Of a stretch of 64,000 nt of DNA, positions 39,414 through 49,473 are shown piece after piece (position 1 is the first letter of the stretch; each line of letters starts with the position of its first letter). The notes under the pieces were generated by a model. The model saw only the letters and a list, made by a program, of their open reading frames with translations, did not search any database and was not told the origin of the DNA. This DNA is from an uncultured Desulfobacter sp. (lineage in GTDB: Bacteria > Desulfobacterota > Desulfobacteria > Desulfobacterales > Desulfobacteraceae), in assembly GCA_963665095.1 (NCBI GenBank), contig OY762069.1, positions 4,224,001 through 4,288,000 of the forward strand, read 5' to 3'. The position numbers were made by a program, and so were the translations under genes.

Positions 39414-40409
39414 CTACCTGGAAAGTGCTCCGGGATTGACAATATGCGGGACCCGGCCGGTGGTATAAAACGCGATGATATTTTCCGCTGCCATCCGGGA
39501 CATCTTGTCCCTGGCTTCCCGGGTGGCAGAACCTATATGGGGAAGGACACAGACATTATCCATGGAAAGCAGGGGGTGTTTGCGATCCATGGGTTCAGGA
39601 TCAGTGACATCAAGGCCTGTACCCCAGATGAGCTGTTCGTCAAGGGCCCGGACAAGGTCATCCTGGTTATGCACCGGTCCTCTGGCCGTGTTGATGAACA
39701 ACGCGTCCCGCTTCATTTTCTTAAAGGCTTCGTAGTTGAAAATTCCTTGGGTTTCAGGGCTGAGTACGCTGTGTACCGAGATCACATCGCTTTGTTCCAG
39801 AAGGGTGTTAAAATCCACCCGCCGGGCCCCTGCTTTCTCTTCGGCTTCAGGATGAACGCTGCGGCTGTGGTAGATCACGTCCATATTGTATGCGCCTTTG
39901 CACTTCATGGCCATGTTCAAACCGATACGGCCCATGCCGAAAACGCCCAGGGTCTTGTTATCAAGCTCCATGCCAAGGTTGGCGCAGGGGACAAAAGTGC
40001 CCCACTCTCCGTTGAGGATGATTTTATGGTTAAAAAACATCTTCCTTGCCGTGGCTATCATGAGGCCAAAGGAAATATCGGCGGTGGCTTCGGTCATGGC
40101 CCCGGGGGTGTACCCCACAGGAATCCCGGCCTTCGTGGCAGCAGAGATATCAATATTGTCATATCCCACGGCAAACTGGGAAATGATGTCCAGATGGGCG
40201 TTGGCCTTTATATAATCCGCATCAATTTTCTCAGTGAGGGTACAGAAAAGTGCGTTGAAATGCCTGGTCTCAGCCTTCAACTGGGCCGGGGTCATGGGCG
40301 CTTCCCTTTCCCAGAGGGTCAGCTTGAATCCTTTTTCCACAAGCATATGAAGCCCGGAGGTTGGAAACTCCCGGGTAACCAGTACTTTTACATCTCTGGG
40401 GTCTTTCAT
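39414..40409 (-). CDS. D-2-hydroxyacid dehydrogenase (glyoxylate reductase / D-glycerate dehydrogenase type)
   Basis: AVGYDNID, GMGRIG, INTARG, GLDVTDPEP, LPHIGSAT. Confidence 0.92.
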   Translation of the reverse strand: MKDPRDVKVLVTREFPTSGLHMLVEKGFKLTLWEREAPMTPAQLKAETRHFNALFCTLTEKIDADYIKANAHLDIISQFAVGYDNIDISAATKAGIPVGYTPGAMTEATADISFGLMIATARKMFFNHKIILNGEWGTFVPCANLGMELDNKTLGVFGMGRIGLNMAMKCKGAYNMDVIYHSRSVHPEAEEKAGARRVDFNTLLEQSDVISVHSVLSPETQGIFNYEAFKKMKRDALFINTARGPVHNQDDLVRALDEQLIWGTGLDVTDPEPMDRKHPLLSMDNVCVLPHIGSATREARDKMSRMAAENIIAFYTTGRVPHIVNPGALSR

Positions 40410-40510
40410 GGGGTGTGTCCTGCGTATACTTTCTCTTGCGGTAAATCTTGAGGTTCTTGCTCAAAGTAATCTTCATTCAAACACTGCTCAGTGCCCGAAC
40501 AGGATTTTCA

Positions 40511-40632
40511 GTTTGGACGAGAAGTTGCCCAGATGCAAGGCACAGGAAAATTTGTAACCGGAGCAACCCTTTCGGTTGTGAGGATTACAAATTTTCCTGT
40601 AACGCCGCAGGTGGGTGACTTGTCGTTCAAAC
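40511..40632. repeat. REP/MITE-like palindromic repeat, long copy
   Basis: Nested hairpins; outer arms GTTTGGACGAGAAGTTGCCCAGATGC / GCAGGTGGGTGACTTGTCGTTCAAAC, inner ACAGGAAAATTTGTAA / TTACAAATTTTCCTGT. Confidence 0.82.
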
Positions 40633-40633
40633 A

Positions 40634-41026
40634 TTACCTGCCAATGACGGTTACATTAATTTTCCTGGTTCTGGGGCCATCAAACTCGCAGAAAAAAATA
40701 CTCTGCCAGGTACCCAGAACCAGATGACCGTTTTCCAGGGCAATGGTTTCAGACGGCCCGAAAAGACTGACTTTTATGTGGGCTGCTGAGTTACCCTCCA
40801 TGTGTTTAAAGTTGTCGTCAAAAGGAATCACCTTGTTGATACAGGATAAAATATCCACAGGCACTGCCGGATCTGCGTTTTCATTAACGGTCACCGCCCC
40901 TGTGGTGTGCATGGAAAACACGTGCACAAGGCCGTCCATAATACCCGACTGGTTCACAAGCTCCTGAACCTGGGAGGTGATATCCATCATCTGGGTCCGG
41001 GACCCTGTCTGAATTGAAAACCGCAT
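40634..41026 (-). CDS. yjbQ: YjbQ / UPF0047 family protein
   Basis: HTTGAVTVNENADP, HMEGNSAAHIK, LGTWQSIFFCEFDGPR. Confidence 0.93.
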   Translation of the reverse strand: MRFSIQTGSRTQMMDITSQVQELVNQSGIMDGLVHVFSMHTTGAVTVNENADPAVPVDILSCINKVIPFDDNFKHMEGNSAAHIKVSLFGPSETIALENGHLVLGTWQSIFFCEFDGPRTRKINVTVIGR

Positions 41027-41061
41027 CAGATGATTCCTTTCACGTAAAGACTAAAAAGCCG

Positions 41062-43065
41062 CTATAACTCCAAAGCCTGCTTTACTATGTTCTCCACAGA
41101 AAAACCAAACTCCTTGAGCACGGTGCCGCCCGGGGCAGATGCGCCAAACCGGTCAATGCTGACAATTTGGCCCTTTTCACCGGCATACTTTTCCCATCCC
41201 ATGGAGATGCCGGCCTCAACCACCAGTCGTTTGGTGACCGCAGGCGGCAGGATTCTCTCCTTATAGGCAGGAAGCGCCTTATCAAACAGTTCCCAGGAGA
41301 GCAAAGAGACCACACTGGCCTTGATGTTGTGCTCTTTTTCCAGAATTTCTGCGGCAGCCACGCTGATATGGACTTCCGAACCCGTGGCAATAATCAGCAT
41401 ATCCGGGCTGCTACCCGCACGCCTGACCGTATATCCGCCCCAGACCATATCCCCATCTGACTGGGACTGGTCCAGGGTGGGCAGTTTCTGGCGGGAAAGA
41501 ATCAGGGCTGAGGGGCTGTCCATGGTGGTGAGGGCTTTTTTCCAGGCCAGGGCTGTCTCATTGGCATCAGCAGGACGGATAACGGTGAGCCCGGGGATGG
41601 CCCGCAGGGCAGCCACATGCTCAACAGGCTGATGGGTGGGACCGTCTTCCCCTACAGCCACGGAATCATGGGTGAACACGTAGATCATGGGCAGTTTCAT
41701 CAGTGCCGCCACCCGGATGGCCGGACGCATGTAATCGGCAAATACCAGAAAGGTGCCGCCAAAGGGGCGAACCCCGCCATGCAGGTACATACCGCTCATG
41801 ATGGCCCCCATGGCATGTTCCCGGATACCGAAACGGATATTTCTGCCGGACCATGCCCCATTCTGAAACTCCTCGGCGCAGTTCATGTAAGTTTTATTGG
41901 AAGGGGCCAGATCCGCAGACCCGCCCACCAGGGCCGGCAGGTTGGGAGCAATGGCATTGAGGATCTTACCGGAGGCCGCCCGCGTGGCAACAGCGCCCTC
42001 TTCAGGCTTGAACTCAGGAATATCCTTTTCCCAGCCCTGGGTCAGAAACCCTGATACAGCATCCACAAAGAGGTTGGCTTCTTCCGGATACAGGGTTTTA
42101 TACGCCCCGAACTCACCCTTCCAGGACGCTTCAAACTGTTGTCCAAAGGCCACAGCCTTGCGGGTATTTTCCAGAACTGCCTCTGGCACATGAAAATCCT
42201 TATCCTCAGGCAGGCCGTAGAATTTTTTTACCAGTTTGATCTCCTCTTCTCCCAGGGGTGAGCCATGGGCATCAGGGGAATCCTGTTTGTTGGGGCTGCC
42301 ATAGGCAATATGGGTGGAGACTTTGATGAGAGAGGGGCGTCCCACTGCATCTTTGGCTGCCAGGATCGCCTTTTCAATGGCGCACAGATCGTTGCCGTCC
42401 GCCACCTCCACCACATGCCAGTTCATGGCCTCGAATTTGGCTTTGGTGTTTTCAGTGAATGTGATACCGGTTTTACCTTCTATGGTAATGCCGTTGTCGT
42501 CATAGATAAGGATCAGACGGCCAAGTCCCAGATGCCCTGCCAGGGAAATTGACTCCAGGGCCACACCCTCCATAAGATCACCATCACCGCAGACCGCATA
42601 GGTATAATGGTTAATCAGCGGGTGCTCTTCGGTATTAAAGCGGCCAGCCAGATGGCGTTCCGCCATGGCCATGCCCACAGCATTGGCAACTCCCTGGCCA
42701 AGGGGGCCTGTGGTGGTTTCCACCCCCGGGGTATGCCCGAATTCAGGGTGGCCCGGGGTTTTTGAACCCCACTGCCTAAAATTTTTCAGATCATCCAGCT
42801 CAAGTCCGTAACCAAACAGGTACAAAAGCGCATACAGCAGAGAAGAGGCGTGGCCGCCGGACAGAACAAACCGGTCCCGGTCCACCCAGGAGGGATTCAC
42901 AGGATTGTGTTTTAAAAAATGCTTGAATACGACATAGGCGGCAGGGGCAAGGCCCATGGGAGCGCCTGGATGGCCGGAGTTGGCTTTTTGGACCATGTCC
43001 ATGCACAACGCACGGATGGTATTGACGGTAAGCTGGTCTTGGGTGTTGTTTTCGGCTTCAGCCAT
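41062..43065 (-). CDS. tkt: Transketolase
   Basis: [51 protein letters not shown]. Confidence 0.97.
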   Translation of the reverse strand: MAEAENNTQDQLTVNTIRALCMDMVQKANSGHPGAPMGLAPAAYVVFKHFLKHNPVNPSWVDRDRFVLSGGHASSLLYALLYLFGYGLELDDLKNFRQWGSKTPGHPEFGHTPGVETTTGPLGQGVANAVGMAMAERHLAGRFNTEEHPLINHYTYAVCGDGDLMEGVALESISLAGHLGLGRLILIYDDNGITIEGKTGITFTENTKAKFEAMNWHVVEVADGNDLCAIEKAILAAKDAVGRPSLIKVSTHIAYGSPNKQDSPDAHGSPLGEEEIKLVKKFYGLPEDKDFHVPEAVLENTRKAVAFGQQFEASWKGEFGAYKTLYPEEANLFVDAVSGFLTQGWEKDIPEFKPEEGAVATRAASGKILNAIAPNLPALVGGSADLAPSNKTYMNCAEEFQNGAWSGRNIRFGIREHAMGAIMSGMYLHGGVRPFGGTFLVFADYMRPAIRVAALMKLPMIYVFTHDSVAVGEDGPTHQPVEHVAALRAIPGLTVIRPADANETALAWKKALTTMDSPSALILSRQKLPTLDQSQSDGDMVWGGYTVRRAGSSPDMLIIATGSEVHISVAAAEILEKEHNIKASVVSLLSWELFDKALPAYKERILPPAVTKRLVVEAGISMGWEKYAGEKGQIVSIDRFGASAPGGTVLKEFGFSVENIVKQALEL

Positions 43066-43087
43066 GAATATTTCTCCTGTAATAAAA

Positions 43088-43957
43088 TTATAAAGCTCTC
43101 ATATGTTCGGGTTTTAAAGGAATTTTTCCGTCAAGGGCCTGTGATATCAGCGCCAGTGTTCTTTCCTTGTCCCTGGGAAGGCGTGCCCGTATAGGCAGGT
43201 AGTTTGAAGCATGGTTGGCGTGGAAAAGGCCGTCGGTCAGGTTGGTAGCGGCAATCATGGCGCCCAGCTCCGTCAGCATCTCCTCAGCACCCGGCAGCTC
43301 AAACGCGCCTTTTTCATACTGGTCATGAAGTTCGGTACCGGGTATAAGCATCAGACTTAACGCCCCGACAAAATCAGGGTCCATGGCAGAAAGCACCCGG
43401 CCGGTTTCCCGGGCATGGTCCAAGGAACCCTTTCGGCCGCCAAGCCCGAGCAGGACGGTAACGGACACTTTGATATCCGCCTTTTTAAGCTTTTTCCCCA
43501 TGGCTATCATTTTTTCAGCATCCGCGCCCTTATGAATCGCCTCAAGCACCTTGTCATCCCCGGACTCAAGCCCCATGTAGGCAATTTTAAGCCCAAGCTT
43601 GCGAAGCTGTGCCAGCTCCTCATCGGTTTTCATCTTGATACTTTTGGTATTGGCGTAAACGCCCACCCGCTCCACCCAGGGCAGCCGGTCCCGGACCCTT
43701 TCAAGGATGGGAACCAGGCGCCTCATGGGAATGATCAGGGCATCCCCGTCACACAGGAACAGGCGGTTCTGGCGCCGGCAGTATTTATGCGCAAACTCAA
43801 TATCCTCAAAAATGACATCATCCTTTTTAATATTGAACCGTTTGCCTCGAAAGGTCCCGCAAAAGGTGCATTTATTATGGGAGCAGCCCAATGTGACCTG
43901 GAGCAGTATACTGTCCGCCTCGCTGGGAGGCCTTATAACCATACCTTCGTAGTGCAT
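43088..43957 (-). CDS. Radical SAM protein of unknown function
   Basis: RPPSEA...[23 protein letters not shown]. Confidence 0.88.
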   Translation of the reverse strand: MHYEGMVIRPPSEADSILLQVTLGCSHNKCTFCGTFRGKRFNIKKDDVIFEDIEFAHKYCRRQNRLFLCDGDALIIPMRRLVPILERVRDRLPWVERVGVYANTKSIKMKTDEELAQLRKLGLKIAYMGLESGDDKVLEAIHKGADAEKMIAMGKKLKKADIKVSVTVLLGLGGRKGSLDHARETGRVLSAMDPDFVGALSLMLIPGTELHDQYEKGAFELPGAEEMLTELGAMIAATNLTDGLFHANHASNYLPIRARLPRDKERTLALISQALDGKIPLKPEHMRAL

Positions 43958-44235
43958 TGCGTATCCCCTTAAAAATTTAAGCCATTATATTTATCAGGTA
44001 TGATTTAAAAATTCAATGTATCAACCACTCCGAAGATCCCTCAACTGGGAAAAAAGAGGAACGTCAGTCCCGGACAGGGTTCTGTGTAGGGATTCGCTAC
44101 GACAAGCACCAGGCAGGAGGAATTTCCCATCCGGTACTGGTTTATCGGCGGCACCCTGGCTGACCGCCAGAAACGCAGGATTTTGAGGTTTTGCTGGAAG
44201 TTTTTCGATGGAATTACGGCAAGACAGCAGACAAG

Positions 44236-44463
44236 TTACAGGCGATTTTCCTGCAACCCGGACCGATACTCTTCGTAGGAAGGGATATCCAGACCCGGCC
44301 CGCCCGATGGGTATCCTTCTTTTAATGCCTGCTCCTGGGTGCTCATGTCATAAATCGCCCGGTAAAAATTGTCTGCCGTCATTAAATGTTTGTTTGTACA
44401 GCCTGCAGCAAAAAGCAGAAGGGCGGATATAAGACAGATTTTTAAAACAACGGGCATGTGCAT
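44236..44463 (-). CDS. Small hypothetical lipoprotein
   Basis: AGGAGG RBS; lipobox FAAGC. Confidence 0.65.
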   Translation of the reverse strand: MHMPVVLKICLISALLLFAAGCTNKHLMTADNFYRAIYDMSTQEQALKEGYPSGGPGLDIPSYEEYRSGLQENRL

Positions 44464-44565
44464 GTCGGGCCTCCTTTATGGATGGTCTTATGGCCTTAAA
44501 ATACTGCGCAACACGCCTCTGGTCAAGCTCTTATCCGGGACATGCCCACACCTTTTAACACCCCA

Positions 44566-45696
44566 TTACGCCAGAAACCAGTCCACGGGCCGCCGCAGGC
44601 TCACAGGGTCCGGATATTTGTTCACATATCCCACCCGGAGCATGAACTGCGGGATCATGTCCGCATCATGATGCTTTTTGATGGTGGTTTTGCCATGGGC
44701 CTCCTCCAGGGTCTGGGTCATGGGATGGATGGCAATCATCCGTTCTCTGGCCAGAAGGGCCATACGCTGGAAACGCCGGCCCGAGGCAATGAGGTCAGAG
44801 ACACTGGTTCCTTCACTGGTAATTACCAACCATCCGGCGCCTTCCTTTGACTGGGCGGCGGCCTTCTCAATGGCTTTTTCCCTGAACATCCTGCCTGTCA
44901 CATCCTCAGGGTTCATGAAATGGCGGGAGAAAAACCCTGCAAGACCTGTAATCTCCATGCCGTCCGGGGTCAGCCCGTCCCGGCACTTTATCACATCCCG
45001 GTCCGACAACCGGGTCCACAATCTGGCTTCTTCCATGGCCGCATCATTTTCAAACTGGATTTTAAAATTCTTTGCTGCTGCCCGGGCCATCTGTTGACCA
45101 TGACGGCTTCCTGCCGGGAAATAATAAAGCCGGTTGTCCGCAGCCTTTGAAAATGCTTTTAAATCCTCAGACTGCAACTGTTGGGAAAGCATGTGACTTT
45201 TTACAGTACGCCGGGACGACAGCCGTTCAAGGGGGATGTCGGCAGGCCTGGCTGAAACCAGGGATACCCTGGCAATATCAGCAGAAAACATGTCATGAGC
45301 CAGTATCTCCATCTCTGCTCGAAAACCGGCGGCAGCTGCAGCCTGGGACAGATTTTCAATAAAAGCACCCAGGGCCAGCATCACCTCCCGGTTCTCCTTG
45401 TCCACCACAGAAAGCCTTCGCCGGCTGTCCGCCCCGATTACCCACTCCCGGTCCGACAGACACCGGACATACCAGGGCTGGCTGTTGTGGCCGCTGGGGG
45501 CCAGAGAGGCATAATATAGGATTTGCCGGCTTTCCGGACTTAAGCCACTTTTAAAGGATTTAGACGCATCCTTTTCCATGAGCTCAGCCCTCAGATTCCG
45601 GGAACAGGCCGGCAGGGCAATGCCTCCACCGGCTGCCGCCAGTGTCACAGTAATACCTTTTGCCATAAATTCTCTTCGGTTCATGATTCCCTCCAT
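44566..45696 (-). CDS. Acg-type nitroreductase-fold FMN oxidoreductase with a Tat lipoprotein signal
   Basis: NRREF twin arginine plus LPAC lipobox; APSGHNSQPW; start may be the downstream MNRRE. Confidence 0.85.
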   Translation of the reverse strand: MEGIMNRREFMAKGITVTLAAAGGGIALPACSRNLRAELMEKDASKSFKSGLSPESRQILYYASLAPSGHNSQPWYVRCLSDREWVIGADSRRRLSVVDKENREVMLALGAFIENLSQAAAAAGFRAEMEILAHDMFSADIARVSLVSARPADIPLERLSSRRTVKSHMLSQQLQSEDLKAFSKAADNRLYYFPAGSRHGQQMARAAAKNFKIQFENDAAMEEARLWTRLSDRDVIKCRDGLTPDGMEITGLAGFFSRHFMNPEDVTGRMFREKAIEKAAAQSKEGAGWLVITSEGTSVSDLIASGRRFQRMALLARERMIAIHPMTQTLEEAHGKTTIKKHHDADMIPQFMLRVGYVNKYPDPVSLRRPVDWFLA

Positions 45697-45730
45697 GTCA
45701 CTTATTGGTGACTTTTTAAGCCAAAAAAAT

Positions 45731-46363
45731 TTATCCCCGGTTTCTTACCAGGAACCCCTTGATCATATCATCAATGCTGCTTTGTATCCGCTGCCATCCT
45801 TCGTCCTGGTCAAGACGGATACCTCCGTATATGTCAATGTGTCCTGCTCTTACGGCCAGATAGCTTAACGCCGCCCCCACCAGCATAACCATGGCCTGCA
45901 AATCCCCTTTATCCCGGTCCTTTGAAAAAAACATGGAGAAAAACTCCATGATGCGCCGTTCTCTGACCTCTTCCAGGGACCGCGTCAGCTCGTTTTGCTC
46001 CACCATTTCCCAGGCCATGATCGCCAGGGTCAAAGGCCGCTTGCGGATTCCTTCAATAAAGTTGCCTGCCATCCCGGAAAGCCGCTGGTCAAGGGGGAGG
46101 TCTGCAAAGACCTGGATGTCGCCACCGGCAAGTTCCAAAGTGGAGGGCCAGAAATCCCCCTCATTGCCAAAGGCGGCAATGAGCCCTGGAAGCCCCTCAA
46201 AATACCGGTAAATCAGCTTTTTATCCACCCCTGCTTCCCGGGCTACAGCATTGATACCAATGCCTTTAAACCCCTCCCGGGCCAGCAGACTCCCCACAGC
46301 AGCAATGAGCCTGCGGCTGGTGATTTGCCTGTCACGAATTTTTACAGGTTCTTTTTTTACCAT
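45731..46363 (-). CDS. TetR-family regulator
   Basis: GINAVAREAGVDKKLIYRYF. Confidence 0.92.
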   Translation of the reverse strand: MVKKEPVKIRDRQITSRRLIAAVGSLLAREGFKGIGINAVAREAGVDKKLIYRYFEGLPGLIAAFGNEGDFWPSTLELAGGDIQVFADLPLDQRLSGMAGNFIEGIRKRPLTLAIMAWEMVEQNELTRSLEEVRERRIMEFFSMFFSKDRDKGDLQAMVMLVGAALSYLAVRAGHIDIYGGIRLDQDEGWQRIQSSIDDMIKGFLVRNRG

Positions 46364-46373
46364 AGTCACTCAT

Positions 46374-46389
46374 ATCACCAGATGGTGAC
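46374..46389. promoter_or_regulatory. Putative TetR operator (second copy at 45697-45712)
   Basis: ATCACCAGATGGTGAC and GTCACTTATTGGTGAC, both RTCAC-N6-GTGAC. Confidence 0.65.
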
Positions 46390-46684
46390 ATAAGTCAAAT
46401 TAAAAACTGTCTGATAAATTACTTACCGAAGAGAGCACCACCACGCTATGCAGACCTATTTCCCGACAGCCCGGAATTGATGACCTCAAGACCAGTCATC
46501 TCCGCCAACCGGGTCGGATAATCCTCTCCTTCATACTTAAGTCCATTCATTTCGGGGTTTCCCCTATAATATCAATAGAAAAGATTGTCCTTTTGCTTTC
46601 ATCTTAAAAAAAGTCACGCTATTCTATCGGATCGACTATCATACGATTGGTAAACCAGGCACCCGAAAGGAGGCGGCACAAAGC

Positions 46685-47602
46685 ATGAGCATATCGTATC
46701 CTGGTTCTGCCAATGTGATTTACAATGGCATAGGCCTGACGCTGCTGGCCACCTTTTGTATCGTTTTGATGAACACCTGCGCCAAAATGGTCAGCACGGG
46801 GTACGGCGCGGTGGAGATGATTTTTTACCGGGGAATCGTGGCGCTGGCACTGCTGGTACCCTACATGCTGGCCACCCAGCCCATGACCGTTTTCAAAACC
46901 CGCCGCATTGGCGCCCATGTCTATCGCTCCGTGATCGGCAACATCGGTGTGGGCCTGGTTTTCCAGGCATACGCGCTTCTGCCTATGGCCAACACCACGG
47001 CCCTTTTGTTTGCCGCGCCATTGTTTGTGACTGCGTTATCTCCCTTGCTCCTAAAGGAGCGGGTGGATGCAGGACGATGGGCCGCCGTTGTGGTGGGGTT
47101 CGCGGGAATTCTTCTGATTGCCAGGCCATCAGCAGGCCTTCTATCCGATCCGGTGTCCTTGGTGGGACTGGGCGCCGCATTATGCATTGCCCTGGTGGAT
47201 ATGGCCCTGCGCAATCTGGGCAGCTCCGAGAATCCGCTGACAACTGTGTTTTACTTTATTCTTGGCGGCGTGCTTCTTTCAGCGCCATATGCGCTCCCCC
47301 GCTTCCATCTTCCCCAGGACCATCTGCTTTCCTGGCTGCTGGGCATTGGCGTATTCGCGGCCATCCAGCAGGTGGCTAAAACAGCTGCATTTCGACATTG
47401 CGAAGCTTCTTTTCTGGCACCTTACAGCTATTCGTCCATGGTCTGGGCGATTCTGTTCGGCTGGCTGCTGTGGGGAGAGGTGCTCACGCTGTCGGTAATC
47501 CTGGGTACCGCGGTGGTGATCGCCAGCAACCTGTTTATTCTTCGAAGAGCCCGGCGTCATGGGTACAAACCAGCCCTCCGGCGACCTGGAAAGTCAGATT
47601 GA
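46685..47602 (+). CDS. DMT / EamA family transporter
   Basis: About 10 TM segments; PLFVTALSPLLLKERV, LAPYSYSSMVWA. Confidence 0.9.
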   Translation: MSISYPGSANVIYNGIGLTLLATFCIVLMNTCAKMVSTGYGAVEMIFYRGIVALALLVPYMLATQPMTVFKTRRIGAHVYRSVIGNIGVGLVFQAYALLPMANTTALLFAAPLFVTALSPLLLKERVDAGRWAAVVVGFAGILLIARPSAGLLSDPVSLVGLGAALCIALVDMALRNLGSSENPLTTVFYFILGGVLLSAPYALPRFHLPQDHLLSWLLGIGVFAAIQQVAKTAAFRHCEASFLAPYSYSSMVWAILFGWLLWGEVLTLSVILGTAVVIASNLFILRRARRHGYKPALRRPGKSD

Positions 47603-47871
47603 AAAGAAATAGGCTGGTTGGCAAGGGGACCATAGGTCCAGGGGGCATTTCACTTACGCGCGACAGCCGTAAAACAAAGCCCCATTTTTTCTTGATTGAA
47701 AGACTATAAAAGCTTATTATTCTTTTTTAAAACCTATGAATTTTCGAACTTTATCGTAATAAATTAAGTGTGTCCGTAAATAGAGCCGGACAAGGAAAAC
47801 TGATCAAGCATTCATAATTTGGCAGAGTTTTCCCCTTCACAATCTTATCTTTAATATGAGAGGAAAGCCAA

Positions 47872-49197
47872 ATGGGACATATAGTAGACACATCTATTGA
47901 CCGGTTAATTAAAATTGTTCAAGAGGGTGGCAGTGTCAGAACCGGTATTGATATCTACAACTCAAAAAAAGAAAAAATCATTGAAAGGACAAGCATCATC
48001 AAAGATGCTGATATTCTGTTGAAATTGAAGGGGGATGGAATTCACATGCTGCCCATCAGCCGTCAGTTGGGAGGCGGCACCTGGGATAAGGATGGCGTGG
48101 AATTAAAGCTTACGCATAAGGTTAGCGCCCCGCCGGTTGCAGAAGCCCAGCCCCAGCCAACAGAACTGCCAAGCGTAGACAAAAAAATAGAAAAAATCAA
48201 TCAAATCAAAGAAGAGGCTGCGGTCAAGTTTGAGAAGGCCAAGGAGAATATAAAAAAGGTCATCTTAGATATTAAAAATACGGGTGGAGAGTTTGACTAT
48301 AACCAGGTGGAAGATACTGTTACAGAGTTACTGGATTTCATGAATACCGAGGAGAGCGCGTTTTCCCTGTTAACCCGTGAAATATTCAGTTACGACGACT
48401 ATCTTTATAACCATTGCATCAATGTGTGTACCATCGGCACTCCGGTAATCAAGCATTTCATTGATCATTACGGAGAACAGTTCGGGATGACCGACCCGGA
48501 AAAAATTAAAGATATTTCCATTGGCTATTTTATGCACGATGCAGGGAAAGTTCTGGTCCCCGACGAGATATTAAATAAAAAAGGCCCGTTGACGGATGAA
48601 GAATTTGAAGTCGTAAAAACCCATTCATATAAACTGGGTATGCAGGTCCTGGAAAAAAATCACCTCGAGAACCCCTTTATCGTTGATTCTGTGAGATGGC
48701 ACCATGCCCTTATGTTTAGGGATGAAGGCCGGTGTTACCCCAATGATGTGCAGCCAGAAGCGATTCCTCCTTATGTGAAAGTCTGCAAGTTAGCCGATAT
48801 CTATGATGCCCTGACATCTGTCAGGTGCTATAAAAAAGCGTTTAATCCCATCGAAGTGGTCACGGATCTATTTGGCAAATATTCAAAAAAAAGCAAGCTT
48901 GTAAAAAAGGTGCTGCTTTCTTTCGTCAGTGTGGTGGGAATATACCCCCCGGGAAGTGTGGTTTTTTTGACCAACGGCCAGATGGCCTATCTGATTGATG
49001 CCAAAGGCCCCATCGTATTGATTTTCAGTAATGAGCAAGGGGTGCCGTTGAAACGTCAACCAGACCCCATGGACCTTTCAGATCCCAAGCATGAGGCCGC
49101 AGGACTGGCAATTGATCATAAGCGCCCCATGGCCACGCCGGTGGATGTGTATAATAAGCTTCCCACAGACTTAAGAGAGATGATTTTTTCCAAATAG
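47872..49197 (+). CDS. HD-GYP-like phosphodiesterase
   Basis: YNHCINV, MHDAGK, LNKKGPLTDEEF, ADIYDALTSVRCYK; GYP appears as CYP. Confidence 0.85.
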   Translation: MGHIVDTSIDRLIKIVQEGGSVRTGIDIYNSKKEKIIERTSIIKDADILLKLKGDGIHMLPISRQLGGGTWDKDGVELKLTHKVSAPPVAEAQPQPTELPSVDKKIEKINQIKEEAAVKFEKAKENIKKVILDIKNTGGEFDYNQVEDTVTELLDFMNTEESAFSLLTREIFSYDDYLYNHCINVCTIGTPVIKHFIDHYGEQFGMTDPEKIKDISIGYFMHDAGKVLVPDEILNKKGPLTDEEFEVVKTHSYKLGMQVLEKNHLENPFIVDSVRWHHALMFRDEGRCYPNDVQPEAIPPYVKVCKLADIYDALTSVRCYKKAFNPIEVVTDLFGKYSKKSKLVKKVLLSFVSVVGIYPPGSVVFLTNGQMAYLIDAKGPIVLIFSNEQGVPLKRQPDPMDLSDPKHEAAGLAIDHKRPMATPVDVYNKLPTDLREMIFSK

Positions 49198-49356
49198 GCA
49201 CCCAGCGATCTTTATCCATTGTAAACCGCTTGCTGCAAACCCGGTATTCCGTATCTTCCGGCAGCTATCCGGCAGATACGGATTGCCTGATCGTTTTGTC
49301 CCTGCCGCAGGTAAATGCCTGCCAGTCTGACAACGAGATACAGGTAAATCATCCCC

Positions 49357-49426
49357 TGAAATAATTGGGGTCAGAGTAAAATTAAATTGCGCGCAATTTA
49401 ATTTTACTCTGACCCCAATTATTTCA
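49357..49426. repeat. Perfect 70 bp palindrome with GGGGTCAGAGTAAA arms (REP-like)
   Basis: TGAAATAATTGGGGTCAGAGTAAAATTAAATTGCG|CGCAATTTAATTTTACTCTGACCCCAATTATTTCA. Confidence 0.92.
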
Positions 49427-49473
49427 TTTATTTTGCTATTTCGCCTGCCGGCTCTGTGGTATGAATATTTGCT

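Noticed and set aside
39357..40451. 364 aa plus-strand ORF
   Set aside because: Antisense shadow of the D-2-hydroxyacid dehydrogenase; no recognisable motifs.
43960..44235. Possible riboswitch or ncRNA upstream of the radical SAM gene
   Set aside because: I could not match SAM, cobalamin or c-di-GMP consensus elements by eye; an Rfam scan would settle it.
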